DNA of 64,000 nt from Deltaproteobacteria bacterium. GTDB lineage: Bacteria; Myxococcota_A; Polyangia; Polyangiales; JADJMO01. The notes beneath the pieces are model-generated. The model saw nothing but the letters and a program-made list of their open reading frames with translations, ran no database searches and was not told the origin of the DNA. Shown here in pieces: positions 46,474 through 55,851 of this stretch. The DNA is taken from contig JACPFM010000006.1 of the NCBI GenBank assembly GCA_016182965.1, forward strand, positions 9,160 to 73,159, given 5' to 3'. The first letter of the stretch is position 1. The number at the start of each line of letters is the position of its first letter. Both the position numbers and the translations under genes were made by a program.

Positions 46474-46844
46474 CTACGGACAGGCCGGCGTGACGAACGC
46501 CGTGTCGACGAGATCGTCGGCGTCACCGAGCGCGCGCAGCCGTCCTTCGGATCGAGGGAGAGGAAGGGGAGGTAGTCGGCCGCGATCCGGTCCTCGTAGC
46601 CGTCGTCGAGGCCGTCGCCATCGAGATCGACCGCCGCCTCGGCGTCCGCCGGCGTGTCGGCCGCGTCGGCCGACTCCGTGTCGGGCGGCGCCCCGTCCTC
46701 CTCGGGCGCGTCCTCGTCCGCGACGTCGCCCGCCGCGTCGGTCAACGGCGGCGGCGAAGTGGTCTCGGCGGTCGCGCCGTCGCCGCAGCCGGCGAGCGCC
46801 GCCATGAGCATCGTCAGGACCGTCATGCCCCTCGTGATCCTCAT
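46474..46844 (-). pseudogene. Acidic secreted lipoprotein, apparent 1-nt frameshift near a (CG)n run
   Basis: 'MRITRGMTVLTMLMAALAGCGDG..DLDGDGLDDGYEDRIAADYLPFLSLDPKDGCA' is in one frame. The coding-like GC3 signal then moves to the adjacent frame ('LGDADDLVDTAFVTPACP*', stop 46474). The original frame runs on, antisense, through the CBS genes. Confidence 0.4.
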
Positions 46845-46990
46845 GACCCCATGACCCTCACGACCCTCATGCCCGTCATGACCGTGACGGACGTCGGGAG
46901 CGGGGGCGACCTCACGGCCGGATCGTCGCACGGCCAGCCGTTTCGGTCATGTCCGCCTGCGCCGCCGCGTGTATGCTCCGCGCCCCGGGC

Positions 46991-48103
46991 ATGGCCAGCG
47001 TCACGATCCGCCAGATCCGCAAGACCTACCCGGGCACGGGGCTGACGATCCTCAAGGGCATCGACCTCGAGATCCCCGACGGCTCGCTCACGGTGCTGGT
47101 CGGCCCCTCGGGTTGCGGCAAGTCCACGCTCCTGCGCACGCTCGCCGGTCTCGAGCGCCCCGACTCGGGCGAGATCCGCATCGGCGACCGCGACGTCACC
47201 CGCCTCGAGCCGCGCGATCGCGACGTGGCGATGGTCTTCCAGTCCTACGCGCTCTACCCGCACCTCACGGTGCGCGAGAACCTCGCGTTCGGCCTGAAGC
47301 TCCGCGGCGCGCCGCAATCGGAGATCGACGCGCGCATCGCCGAGGTGGCGCCGCAGCTGAAGCTCGAGGCGTTCCTCGACCGCCTGCCGCGCGCGCTCTC
47401 CGGCGGGCAGCGGCAGCGCGTGGCGATGGGTCGCGCCATCGTGCGGCGTCCCTCGCTGTTCCTCTTCGACGAGCCGCTGTCGAACCTCGACGCCGCGCTG
47501 CGCGGCGAGGTCCGCGTCGAGATCCGCCGGCTGCACGACCGCCTGGGCGCGACGATGGTCTACGTCACCCACGACCAGGTCGAGGCGATGACCCTCGCCG
47601 ATCAGCTCGTCGTGCTCAACGGGGGGGTGATCGAGCAGGCCGGCCCGCCCCTCGAGGTCTACGCGCGCCCGAAGACCCGCTTCGTCGCCTCCTTCCTCGG
47701 CATGCCGCCGATGAACTTCGTCGACGCGACCCTCGAGCGGGTCGGCTCCGCGGTGCGCGCGCGCGGCAAGGGGCTCGACGTCGAGGTCGCCCGCGCGCGG
47801 CTGCCCAAGGCCGACGCCCCCTCCGAGGCGGGGCGCGCGGTGGTGGTCGGCATCCGCCCCCAGGACGTGAAGACGACCGACCGCGCGCCCGCGCCGGTCG
47901 ATCTGCGCTTCGAGCTCGTCGAGGGCCTCGGGTTCGAGTCGCACGTGCACGGCAAGCTCGGCGAAGACGGCGCGCCGTTCGTCGCGCGCCTCGAGGGCGA
48001 CGAGGGCCGACGCATCCCCAAGTGGGGCAAGCTCGCGCTCGAGGTCGCGCCGGCCGACGTGCACGTGTTCGATCGCGAAACCGGGCGGGCGCTCGCGGAG
48101 TGA
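46991..48103 (+). CDS. malK: Sugar ABC transporter ATP-binding protein (MalK/UgpC/MsmK type)
   Basis: 'GPSGCGKST', 'LSGGQRQRVAMGRA', 'LFLFDEPLSNLD', plus a C-terminal regulatory (TOBE-like) domain. The symbol rests on context (malEF, malG, amylases, porin). Confidence 0.85.
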   Translation: MASVTIRQIRKTYPGTGLTILKGIDLEIPDGSLTVLVGPSGCGKSTLLRTLAGLERPDSGEIRIGDRDVTRLEPRDRDVAMVFQSYALYPHLTVRENLAFGLKLRGAPQSEIDARIAEVAPQLKLEAFLDRLPRALSGGQRQRVAMGRAIVRRPSLFLFDEPLSNLDAALRGEVRVEIRRLHDRLGATMVYVTHDQVEAMTLADQLVVLNGGVIEQAGPPLEVYARPKTRFVASFLGMPPMNFVDATLERVGSAVRARGKGLDVEVARARLPKADAPSEAGRAVVVGIRPQDVKTTDRAPAPVDLRFELVEGLGFESHVHGKLGEDGAPFVARLEGDEGRRIPKWGKLALEVAPADVHVFDRETGRALAE

Positions 48104-48105
48104 CG

Positions 48106-50283
48106 ATGAAGCTCCGCAGCGCGCTGGCCGCCTTGCTCGCCGTGATGGGGGCCCTGCTCGTCGCGCTGGTCACGCGACGCGCCGACGCGGCGCGCACGCT
48201 GGTGGTCTGGCACGCCTACCGCGACGCCGAGGAGCGCGCGCTCGACAAGGTGCTCGCCGACTTCCGCGCCGCGCACCCCGACGCGGTCGTCGAGTCGCTC
48301 GCCATCCCCTTCGACGCCTACGCCTCCAAGCTCGAGGCGGCGATCCCCCACGGCCACGGCCCCGACGTCTTCATCGACGCGCACGAGCGCCTCGGCGACT
48401 ACCGCGCCCGCGGCCTCGTCGCGCCGATCGATCCCGCGCTCGTCGATCGCGCGGCGTTCGACGCGTCGGCGCTCGAGGCGGTGTCGCTCGACGGCAAGCC
48501 CTACGCGCTGCCCCTCGCGCTCAAGTGCCTCGCGCTCTACCTGCGCGCGCCGACCTGGCCCGAGGGGAAGAGCCCGGCGTCGCTCGACGAGCTCTTGAAC
48601 GGGCCGGGCGTGCGCCTCGCGTACGAAGCATCGGGTGCTTATACACACGCGCCGCTGCTCCACGCGTTCGGCGGGCGCATCCTCGACGACAAGGGGCGCT
48701 ACGCCTTCGCCGACGGCCCCGCGGTCGACTCGCTGACCTGGGTCGCCGCCGCCGTGTCGCGCGGGGCCATCCCCGAGGAGGCCTCCGGCGCGCTGGTCAC
48801 GCAGATGTTCTCCTCGGGCTCGCCGAGCGGCGCCGACGCGGCGATCAGCGGCCCCTGGCTCGCGGCCGATCTGCCGAAGGGCATCGCCTATCGGGTCGTT
48901 CCCATCCCACCGGTTCGTGCGGGCGGGCCGAAGCCGCGGCCGTTCCTCACCGTCGAGGGCGCGATGATCGCGCCCAAGCCGCGCGACGCGGCGCTCGCCG
49001 GCGAGATGCTGAAGTTCCTCGTGGCGACGCCATCGGCGCTGGTGCGCGCGCGCGAGGGGCGGCAGGTGGTCGCCTCGCGCGACGCCTGGACCGATCCCTC
49101 GGTGGCGAACGACCCGCTGCTGCGTGGCTTCGCCGAGGCGGCCCGCGACGCGATGCCGATGCCCACCTCGGCCGCGATGCGCGCCGCGTGGGAGCCGACC
49201 TCCCGCGCGATCCAGAAGGTCTTGCGCGGCGACGTGGCGCCGCGCGCAGCGATGGACGAGGCCGCGCACCGTTACGCCGACGTCACCCGTCCCCTCCCCC
49301 GCCCGGCCGATCCGCGCTTCCCGCTCCTCCTTCTGGGGCTCGTCGGGCTCTTCGCCGCGTTCCGGGCCGTGCGGGCGGCGCGCGATCCGGTGTTCCGCGC
49401 CGAGGCGCGCGCGTCGCTGCCCGCCTACGCCTACGTCACGCACGCGGTGATCATCGTGACTTTGCTGGTCGCCGTCCCGCTGGTGATCGGCGCCGCCACC
49501 TCGTTCTTCGCCGGGCGCGCCGGCTCGCTCTCCTACGTCGGGCTCGCCAACTACGTCGAGATCCTCACCGCGCGCGGCGGGCCGATCTTCGCTTCGGGCT
49601 CGTTCTACGCGGTCCTCGCGGTCACCATCCTGTGGACGGTGTGCAACGTGACGCTGCACCTCGCGCTCGGGGTCGCGCTCGCGCTCCTGCTCGCGCGCCC
49701 GGCGCTCAGGCTGCGCGGCGTCTACCGCGTGCTGCTCATCGTGCCCTGGGCGGTGCCGTCGTACGTCTCGGCGCTGGCCTGGAAGGGCATGTTCCACCGT
49801 CAGCTCGGCGCGGTGAACGCCATCCTGAAGGCGATCGGCGTCGAGCCGGTCGCGTGGTTCTCGAAGTTCGCCACCGCGTTCGCCGCCAACGTGGCGACCA
49901 ACGTGTGGCTCGGCTTCCCGTTCATGATGGTGGTCACGCTCGGCGCGCTGGCGGCGATCCCGCGTGAGGTGCTCGAGGCGGCGGAGGTCGACGGCGCCAC
50001 GCGCTGGCAGCGGTTCTGGCGCGTGACCTTCCCGCTGCTCCGTCCGACGCTCGCGCCGTCGGTGGTCCTCGGCGCCGTCTGGACGTTCAACATGTTCAAC
50101 GTGGTGTTCCTGGTCAGCGGCGGCGAGCCCGACGGGCGCACCGAGATCCTGGTGAGCGAGGCCTATCGCTGGGCCTTCACCCGCCAGGCGCAATACGGCT
50201 ACGCGTCGGCGTACGCGGTCCTCATCTTCCTCCTCCTCGTCGTGACCACGCGCCTCATCCGCGCGCAGAAGGAGGCCGCCTGA
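48106..50283 (+). CDS. Fused maltose/maltodextrin-type solute-binding protein (MalE-like) plus MalF-like permease
   Basis: Single uninterrupted frame. The N-terminal signal/anchor and SBP ('LVVWHAY..IPFDAY..ISGPWL') run directly into the TM helix 'FPLLLLGLVGLFAAF' and a MalF-type permease with EAA loop 'EAAEVDGATRWQRFWRVTFPLLRP'. Confidence 0.85.
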   Translation: MKLRSALAALLAVMGALLVALVTRRADAARTLVVWHAYRDAEERALDKVLADFRAAHPDAVVESLAIPFDAYASKLEAAIPHGHGPDVFIDAHERLGDYRARGLVAPIDPALVDRAAFDASALEAVSLDGKPYALPLALKCLALYLRAPTWPEGKSPASLDELLNGPGVRLAYEASGAYTHAPLLHAFGGRILDDKGRYAFADGPAVDSLTWVAAAVSRGAIPEEASGALVTQMFSSGSPSGADAAISGPWLAADLPKGIAYRVVPIPPVRAGGPKPRPFLTVEGAMIAPKPRDAALAGEMLKFLVATPSALVRAREGRQVVASRDAWTDPSVANDPLLRGFAEAARDAMPMPTSAAMRAAWEPTSRAIQKVLRGDVAPRAAMDEAAHRYADVTRPLPRPADPRFPLLLLGLVGLFAAFRAVRAARDPVFRAEARASLPAYAYVTHAVIIVTLLVAVPLVIGAATSFFAGRAGSLSYVGLANYVEILTARGGPIFASGSFYAVLAVTILWTVCNVTLHLALGVALALLLARPALRLRGVYRVLLIVPWAVPSYVSALAWKGMFHRQLGAVNAILKAIGVEPVAWFSKFATAFAANVATNVWLGFPFMMVVTLGALAAIPREVLEAAEVDGATRWQRFWRVTFPLLRPTLAPSVVLGAVWTFNMFNVVFLVSGGEPDGRTEILVSEAYRWAFTRQAQYGYASAYAVLIFLLLVVTTRLIRAQKEAA

Positions 50284-51170
50284 TGGCCAAGGCCTCCAAG
50301 AACCAGACGATGGACGAGACCGGCGGACGCCGCAGCCTCCTCGGCGAGGCGCTGGTCCACCTCGCGCTCGTCGTGGCGACGGCGGCGGCGCTCTACCCGG
50401 TGCTGTGGGTCATGTCGCTCGCGTTCTCGAGCTCGCAGGCGCCGAGCGCGCGCGTGCTGCCGTGGCCCGAGGCGCCCTCGCTCGATCAGTTCCGCGCCGT
50501 CGTCGGCACGCACGACGCCGCCGGTCGCTGGCTGTTCGGGCGGCAGCTCTTCAACTCGCTTTCGGTGTCGATCGCCACCGCGGTGGTCGGCGTCGGCATC
50601 GCCACGCCGGCCGCCTACGCGCTCGCGCGCTTCCGCTTCCTCGGCAAGGAGCGCGGCGTGTGGCTGCTCATGGCCACGCAGATGTTCCCCGGCGTCGCCA
50701 CGCTGGTGCCGCTCTACCTCATCTTGCAGGGCCTGCACCTGCTCGACTCGCGCGCGGGGCTCGTCCTGGTCTACGCGACGACCTCGGTGCCCTTCTGCGT
50801 CATGCAGCTGCGCTCGTCGTTCGAGGCCATCCCCGTCGACCTCGAGGAGGCGGCGATGGTCGACGGCGCCAGCCGCTTCCAGGCCTTCCGCATGGTGGCG
50901 CTGCCGGCGGCGCGCCCGGCGATCGCCGTGACCGCGCTCTTCGCGTTCATGGGCGCGTGGAACGAGTTCATCCTCGCCGCCACGCTGATGTCGCGCGCCG
51001 AGTCGTTCACCCTGCCGGTGGCCCTGCAGCGCTACGTCGGCGAGCACGGCGCCGCGTGGGGCCACTTCGCGGCCGGCGCGCTGATCGTGTCCATCCCGGT
51101 GATGGCGATCTTCTACCTGGCGCAGCGCCATATCGTGAGCGGGCTGACGTCGGGCGGCGTGAAGGGCTGA
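50283..51170 (+). CDS. malG: Sugar ABC transporter permease (MalG-like)
   Basis: ATG overlaps the previous stop. EAA loop 'EEAAMVDGASRFQAFRMVALPAARPA'. Six TM helices. Confidence 0.85.
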   Translation: MAKASKNQTMDETGGRRSLLGEALVHLALVVATAAALYPVLWVMSLAFSSSQAPSARVLPWPEAPSLDQFRAVVGTHDAAGRWLFGRQLFNSLSVSIATAVVGVGIATPAAYALARFRFLGKERGVWLLMATQMFPGVATLVPLYLILQGLHLLDSRAGLVLVYATTSVPFCVMQLRSSFEAIPVDLEEAAMVDGASRFQAFRMVALPAARPAIAVTALFAFMGAWNEFILAATLMSRAESFTLPVALQRYVGEHGAAWGHFAAGALIVSIPVMAIFYLAQRHIVSGLTSGGVKG

Positions 51171-51172
51171 CG

Positions 51173-51210
51173 GAGTCGTCAGTCGTCAGTCGTCAGTCGT
51201 CAGTCGAGAC
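51173..51210. repeat. Orphan heptamer array (GTCGTCA)x4, no inverted partner
   Basis: Starts 3 nt after stop 51170. Positions 51173-51204 are identical to 16263-16294 (32/32). Confidence 0.9.
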
Positions 51211-51314
51211 CGAGATCGGCCCCGTCGGGGCTGGAGGGTTCTGTCGCCGCCCCGTCCGACGCCCCACCCCCAAGCCCTCGGCCGCGGCTTCCCGACCGCG
51301 CGCCCGGTGCTCGG

Positions 51315-52238
51315 ATGGCTCGAAAACGCGGGGGTGGTACGCTCCGAGCGATGTCGAACGCGCGCACTTCGACGCCCGGCTGGCGCCTCGATCCCGCGGA
51401 CCCGCGCGCGCCTTCGCGCGAGGTATGGGCCGCGCTCTCGCCCGAAGCGCGCGCCGTGGTGGTCGACGCGCTCCCGTCCGAGCTCGACCCGTCGCTCGGC
51501 GTCGCGCCCCCCGAGGGCGACGAGCACTTCGATGCGTCCGTCAACCCACGGCACGCGCTGCGCCGTTGGTTCGGCAAACTCGGTCGGCGCGCTTACGTCG
51601 GGACGAACCTCGCCGTCTACTACCCTGCCGAGAAGGTCTTCGCGCCCGACCTGATCGTCGTGCTCGACGTCGACCCGGGCCCGCGGATGCGCTGGGTCGT
51701 CGAGGCCGAAGGGAAGGGCCTCGATTTCGTGCTCGAGGTGCATGTCGCCGGGGATTGGCGCAAGGACTTCGTCGACAACGTCGAGCGCTACGCGAAGCTC
51801 GCGATACACGAGTACTTCGTCTTCGACGTTTCGCGGGGCGCGCTCGTCGGACATCGCCTCGACGACACGCGGTGTCGCTACGCGCCCATCGCGCCCGGCC
51901 CCGACGGCTTCCGATCCGAGGTGCTGCAGCTCGACTTGCTGGTCAACGACGCGCGCGTTCGCTTCTTCCACGCGGGCGCTCGGGTCCCGGAGCTCGACGA
52001 GCTGGTCGAGCGGCTCGAGGGCGCCATGGCGGAGGCGATGGCGCACGTCGCGAAGCTCCAGGCCGAGCTGAAGGACACCGCAGACGCCCTCGAAGCGGCG
52101 AAGGCGGCCGAGCGCGCCGAGCGCGAGGCGAGGGAGGCCGAGCGCGAAGCGAGGGAGGCCGAACGCGAGGCGAAGGAAGCCGCCGAGGCCGAGCTCGCGC
52201 GTGTCCGGCGCGAGCTCGACGAGCTGCGGCGACGCTGA
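51315..52238 (+). CDS. Uma2-family (DUF820) putative endonuclease with C-terminal coiled coil
   Basis: 'APDLIVVLD', 'GLDFVLEVHV', 'YAKLAIHEYFVFD' (PD-(D/E)xK-like Uma2 pattern). The tail has 3 x 21-bp repeats (52119-52181) encoding the EREAREA heptad coiled-coil. Alternative start ATG 51351. Confidence 0.75.
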   Translation: MARKRGGGTLRAMSNARTSTPGWRLDPADPRAPSREVWAALSPEARAVVVDALPSELDPSLGVAPPEGDEHFDASVNPRHALRRWFGKLGRRAYVGTNLAVYYPAEKVFAPDLIVVLDVDPGPRMRWVVEAEGKGLDFVLEVHVAGDWRKDFVDNVERYAKLAIHEYFVFDVSRGALVGHRLDDTRCRYAPIAPGPDGFRSEVLQLDLLVNDARVRFFHAGARVPELDELVERLEGAMAEAMAHVAKLQAELKDTADALEAAKAAERAEREAREAEREAREAEREAKEAAEAELARVRRELDELRRR

Positions 52239-52381
52239 GGGCAGCGGCGGTTCAGTCGACCCACGCGGCCCGCATCGCCGGCCACCCGCCGCCGACCCGC
52301 GCGTCCGCGGGTGGTGAGGATGCGGCGCATCTGGCCGTGCTCGTTGCGCATGACGACGTGGCGCTGCATCGAGCGCTCGGA

Positions 52382-52422
52382 GGGGCCAAGAGATCCAAGC
52401 GTGCTTGGCGGATTCCCACCGT
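52382..52422 (-). repeat. Hairpin element copy A
   Basis: 'ggggccaagagatccaagcgtgcttggcggattcccaccgt'. About 38/41 identical to copy B. Core hairpin CCAAG-N4-CTTGG. Confidence 0.85.
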
Positions 52423-52672
52423 AAGGCACACAGTGCCATGGCCCTCGCGGCGTTGATTGTCAACGGATGAAACCGGCGGTGGGTCTCCGGCGGAGCCGCC
52501 GTGCTTCGCGCGCTGCGCAGTCGTGTCCGGTGGCGCCTGTTCGTCGCCCAATCGAACCCGAAGGGCGACGTTGACGTCGGCACGCGTCTCGCTCGGTGAC
52601 TGCCTGCGGAGACTGCGTCGCTCCGTCGGTGCGTCGCGCCGCGGCGTTCGCGAAGGCGGGGAGGGCCGTGTC

Positions 52673-53839
52673 ATGAGGACGAGCTCGTCGATTGCGCTGT
52701 TCACCGTGCTCGGGTTCACCTCGTGTGCGCCACGCGACGACGCCGGCGGCCGGCAGAACGCTACCGTGCTCGCTGCGGACTGCTACTCGGTCACGCAGAT
52801 CGACAACCGCAAGTTCGGCGGCGGTGTCGCTCCGCCACACGACATCGACGAGCGCGGAAGGCTGCTGTTCGATCGGTTCATCTGGGACCACGGAGAGCGA
52901 ACCCCGCTGCGGGCGCCGGAGGGCTGGGTCGCGGCCGGCGCGGTCGACTTCAACGAGCGCGGTGACGTCGTCGGCACAGTGCTTCGCGAGCTCGGTGCCG
53001 GTGCTCGGCGCCCCATCGTGTGGTGGCACGACGGCACCGTGGCCCTGTTGCCGGAGGTCGCGAGTCTGAACGAGGTCCTCGAAATCACCGAGCGCGGTCA
53101 CGTGCTCGCGCGCACGTACGACGGCCGCGCGTGGGATGTCGTTCTCTATCGCGACGGCGCCTGGATCGATTTGGGCCGGGGTATCGCCTACGACGTCAAC
53201 GACGACGACGAGGTCGTCCTCGTCGACGATCGCCGCGCGGTCTTGTGGAAGGACGGCGCGCGGATCGATCTCGGGCTCGACGGCGCCTTGACCATGAAGC
53301 TCAACGACCATGGCCAGGTGATCGCCAACGCCGAGCGCGCCGGCCCCGGGACGGAGGCGGCGTTCCTGTGGGAGACCGGGGTCGCGCGGATGCTCCCCGC
53401 GCTTCCATCGCTTGGGGACGCGCAGCAGTGGAGCGCGACCGCCATCAACGAGCGGGGCGACGTCGCCGGTTTGGTGATTCCGTCCAGCACCAGCACGTAC
53501 TTCTCGTATGCAGTGCTATGGCGCGGTGGCGCTCCGACCGTCCTCGCGGACTGGAGCGCGGGCGTGCTCGACCTCAACGACGCCGGTCAGGTGTTCGGCA
53601 ATGCCAGGCGGGGCGACGTGTTGAGACCATTCGTTTGGGATCGCGGAACGTACGTCGAGCTGCCGATGCCGTTCGTCGCACGCTCCGCCACCGGCTACGC
53701 GGACGGTCGCAAGTCGATCAACGAACGCGGCGACGTCTTCTTCAACATGAAGCCGGTCGACGGGATCAGCCACACGTTGCTGTGGAGGAATGACCTCTGC
53801 GGCCGTCCCGAGCCGGAGCCGGAGGAGCCCGGGGAGTGA
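52673..53839 (+). CDS. Lipoprotein with HAF-like extracellular repeats (beta-propeller-like)
   Basis: ATG 52673, lipobox 'LGFTSCA'. About 7 repeats of the pattern 'A..(I/F)NERGDV(V/A)G ... (V/F)(L/W)W..G....L'. Confidence 0.75.
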   Translation: MRTSSSIALFTVLGFTSCAPRDDAGGRQNATVLAADCYSVTQIDNRKFGGGVAPPHDIDERGRLLFDRFIWDHGERTPLRAPEGWVAAGAVDFNERGDVVGTVLRELGAGARRPIVWWHDGTVALLPEVASLNEVLEITERGHVLARTYDGRAWDVVLYRDGAWIDLGRGIAYDVNDDDEVVLVDDRRAVLWKDGARIDLGLDGALTMKLNDHGQVIANAERAGPGTEAAFLWETGVARMLPALPSLGDAQQWSATAINERGDVAGLVIPSSTSTYFSYAVLWRGGAPTVLADWSAGVLDLNDAGQVFGNARRGDVLRPFVWDRGTYVELPMPFVARSATGYADGRKSINERGDVFFNMKPVDGISHTLLWRNDLCGRPEPEPEEPGE

Positions 53840-54044
53840 TCAGCGGAGCTCGTCGAACCAAACGGCGAGGGAACCCCCGTGGAAATGGCTCTCGATTCGA
53901 CCTTCGACCTTCGACCTCGGAACCGCAGACCGGTTCGTGTTCGTGGTCGCGTGCGGTTCCGTCGTCGCCGCCTGCAAGAAGGCAAAGCTCACCGCCACGG
54001 GCCCGCAGCCGGAGCTCGCGCCAATGGTCGAGGACAAGTGAGCG

Positions 54045-55838
54045 TCAGGGGTCGTCCTCCGCGTCGGTCTCGATGAGCGCACGCCGCCCGCCGAGGTTGA
54101 GCCTGCGGTGCTCGTCGAGCGCGCGGTCGTCAGCTTTGCGCGCATCGGGGTCGAACCGGCGCACCTCAAAGCGATTGGCAAGGTAGACGTCGATCCCCGG
54201 AAACGACACGCACGCGTCAGGGACGCCGTCGTCCCAATCAAGCGTGAGCACCGGGTACTCGCCGATGGCATCGGGCTCGCCGACGTAGAGCACCTCGCAC
54301 CGGTTGCCGTCCTGAGGACCGAGGAGGAAGCAGTAGCCGGGCAGGTCTTCAAGGACGCCTTCGAAGAGGTCACCGACCCGCCGTCCCCACTGGCGGAGCG
54401 CCGCCCCGGCGACAGTCAGCGGCTCGAGGCGCGGCTCGTCGAGATCGGCGAGCAGTCCGAGCGAGGCCGCGTCGAAGGCGAGGAAAGCTCGAAGGGCCGG
54501 GGAAAGTGGCCGGTCGCCCGGGAGCTTCAAGCTCGCCAGGACCTCCGGTGCGAGCGCTCGAGGGGGCTGCTCGAGGAGCTCCTCTTTGCGGATTCGTGCG
54601 ATCACGTCTTCCACCAGAGCGACTCCGCGGTGGAGCTTCGGAGCCTTCGCGGCGGCCCCCGCAGCCTTCTTCTTGCGCGCAGCGAGGATCTTCTCGGCCG
54701 ACGCTCCGCCCCAAGGTGAGCCCGTCTTCTTTTTCGCCTTCTCGCCAGTCGCCATCGCTTCGAGCAGGGCCAGGTGCCCCTCGAAGCCGAGCCCGAGGAG
54801 GGCCTTGCTCGCCGAGAGCATCACGGACCGCTCGGGATCGCAGAGCATCTCCAGGAGTGATGCTCGGTCATTCTCCTTCTCGCGGAGTCCCAGGTACGTC
54901 ATCCGCGGGAGGGAGGAAGCGGCGAACCGCTCTGCCTTCGCGCCCCGCATGTCGGCGATCTGCGCGGCCGCCTCGGGCAAGGCCGCGATCGCTGCCGCAC
55001 GCGCGGTGCTCCAGGCCCTGACGACCTTCGCGTCAAAAGGAGAGCGATCCCCTTGCCACTCGGGAGCGAGCTGCGACGACAGCACCGCGTAGTCGTAGCG
55101 GACCCGGCCGAGGCACGCGATCGAATGGGCGCGGTAGACCTCCTCGACGACCGTGAAGGGGTTGAAGTCCTTGACCGCGAGGAAGCGGGCCCAGTCATCG
55201 TCCGAGAGTGCGCCGACGCGATGCATGTCCGGTGAGTACGGCTCCACGGGGCGGCGTGCGCCGGCGACCAGCTCGGTGAGCTCGTGCCTCCACGCGTCCG
55301 GGTAGGCACAGGCCTCCAGGTACGCGTGAATGGCGACCGCTCGCGCCATATCCCCCGTCTTCGCGACAGCGCAGCCCAGCGTGAGGAGCACGTACGGGTT
55401 CGTCGGATCGAAGCGGAGCGCGCGCTCCGCGAAGCGGACGGCCTCCTCGAGTTGCCCGAGGTGAAGGAGATCGTCGGCGATCGCGTCGAGGACCCGGTAG
55501 GCGGACGTCGCGTGCCAGCGCGGGGTATCGCGGAGCGCGGCGGCATGCGCCACGAGCGCGTCCTCCCAGCGGCCCAAGCGAGTGAACAGCGTGCCGACGA
55601 ACCCCTGGCGGGCGATGAACGAGCCCCAACGGTCCACGAGCGAGACGAGCGCCTCGATCGCGCTGGCTGGCGGAGCGGCCCCGGCGAACGCCTCGGCGGC
55701 GACGCGCGGCAGCGCCTCGCGATCGGCCGCATCCGCGGGCGCGAGCGCCTTGCAGAACGCGGCGATCGTGACATCGTTCGACTCGAAGGCTGCGAACGCG
55801 GGCTCGATGACCTGGGCCGTGCTCATGTTCTTCTCCAT
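54045..55838 (-). CDS. TPR-containing protein with C-terminal SUKH (SMI1/KNR4)-like domain; possible orphan immunity protein
   Basis: ATG 55838 (MEKNMSTAQ). TPR 'LGQLEEAVRFAERALRFDPTNPYVLLTLGCAVAKTGDMARAV'. C-terminus 'LSPALRAFLAF..LPGYCFLLGPQDGNRCEVLYVGEPDAIGEYPVLTLDWDDG..SFPGIDVYL' fits the SUKH pattern. Motif-level inference only. Confidence 0.7.
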   Translation of the reverse strand: MEKNMSTAQVIEPAFAAFESNDVTIAAFCKALAPADAADREALPRVAAEAFAGAAPPASAIEALVSLVDRWGSFIARQGFVGTLFTRLGRWEDALVAHAAALRDTPRWHATSAYRVLDAIADDLLHLGQLEEAVRFAERALRFDPTNPYVLLTLGCAVAKTGDMARAVAIHAYLEACAYPDAWRHELTELVAGARRPVEPYSPDMHRVGALSDDDWARFLAVKDFNPFTVVEEVYRAHSIACLGRVRYDYAVLSSQLAPEWQGDRSPFDAKVVRAWSTARAAAIAALPEAAAQIADMRGAKAERFAASSLPRMTYLGLREKENDRASLLEMLCDPERSVMLSASKALLGLGFEGHLALLEAMATGEKAKKKTGSPWGGASAEKILAARKKKAAGAAAKAPKLHRGVALVEDVIARIRKEELLEQPPRALAPEVLASLKLPGDRPLSPALRAFLAFDAASLGLLADLDEPRLEPLTVAGAALRQWGRRVGDLFEGVLEDLPGYCFLLGPQDGNRCEVLYVGEPDAIGEYPVLTLDWDDGVPDACVSFPGIDVYLANRFEVRRFDPDARKADDRALDEHRRLNLGGRRALIETDAEDDP

Positions 55839-55851
55839 CGCCGACGTAGTA

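Noticed and set aside
46841-46890. 9-bp periodic 'ATGACCCTC'-like repeats in the divergent lipoprotein/malK promoter region
   Set aside because: There are only ~5 degenerate units, and they could equally be an artefact of the His/Gly-rich upstream extension of ORF 45906-46931. Evidence for any function is insufficient.
47659-50193. 844-aa minus-strand ORF. Similar long antisense ORFs occur at 18973-20787, 27967-29328, 29904-32045, 33088-34977, 10688-12223 and 22981-24675.
   Set aside because: All mirror plus-strand genes that carry clear family motifs. None has a motif of its own.
52382-52422. The three-copy element as a tRNA fragment/att site or an integron attC
   Set aside because: 'GGTGGAATCCGCC' only superficially resembles a T-arm. 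No acceptor stem or CCA context is present, and there is no integrase or intI gene in the window. The ORFs between copies are on mixed strands, unlike integron cassettes. The element is kept as an unexplained repeat instead.
51878-52429. 183-aa minus-strand ORF downstream of element copy A
   Set aside because: Only ~21 codons after the internal ATG at 52369 ('MQRHVVMRNEHGQMRRILTTR') have coding-like GC3. The remainder runs antisense to the Uma2 coiled-coil repeats. It is treated as a possible short remnant, not as a gene.
53790-54076. Small ORFs in the 205-bp gap after the HAF lipoprotein gene (83 aa and 65 aa)
   Set aside because: The 83-aa ORF starts inside the HAF gene in another frame. 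The lipobox-like 'FVVACGS' stretch has no start codon nearby. The 65-aa ORF is Arg-rich low complexity.
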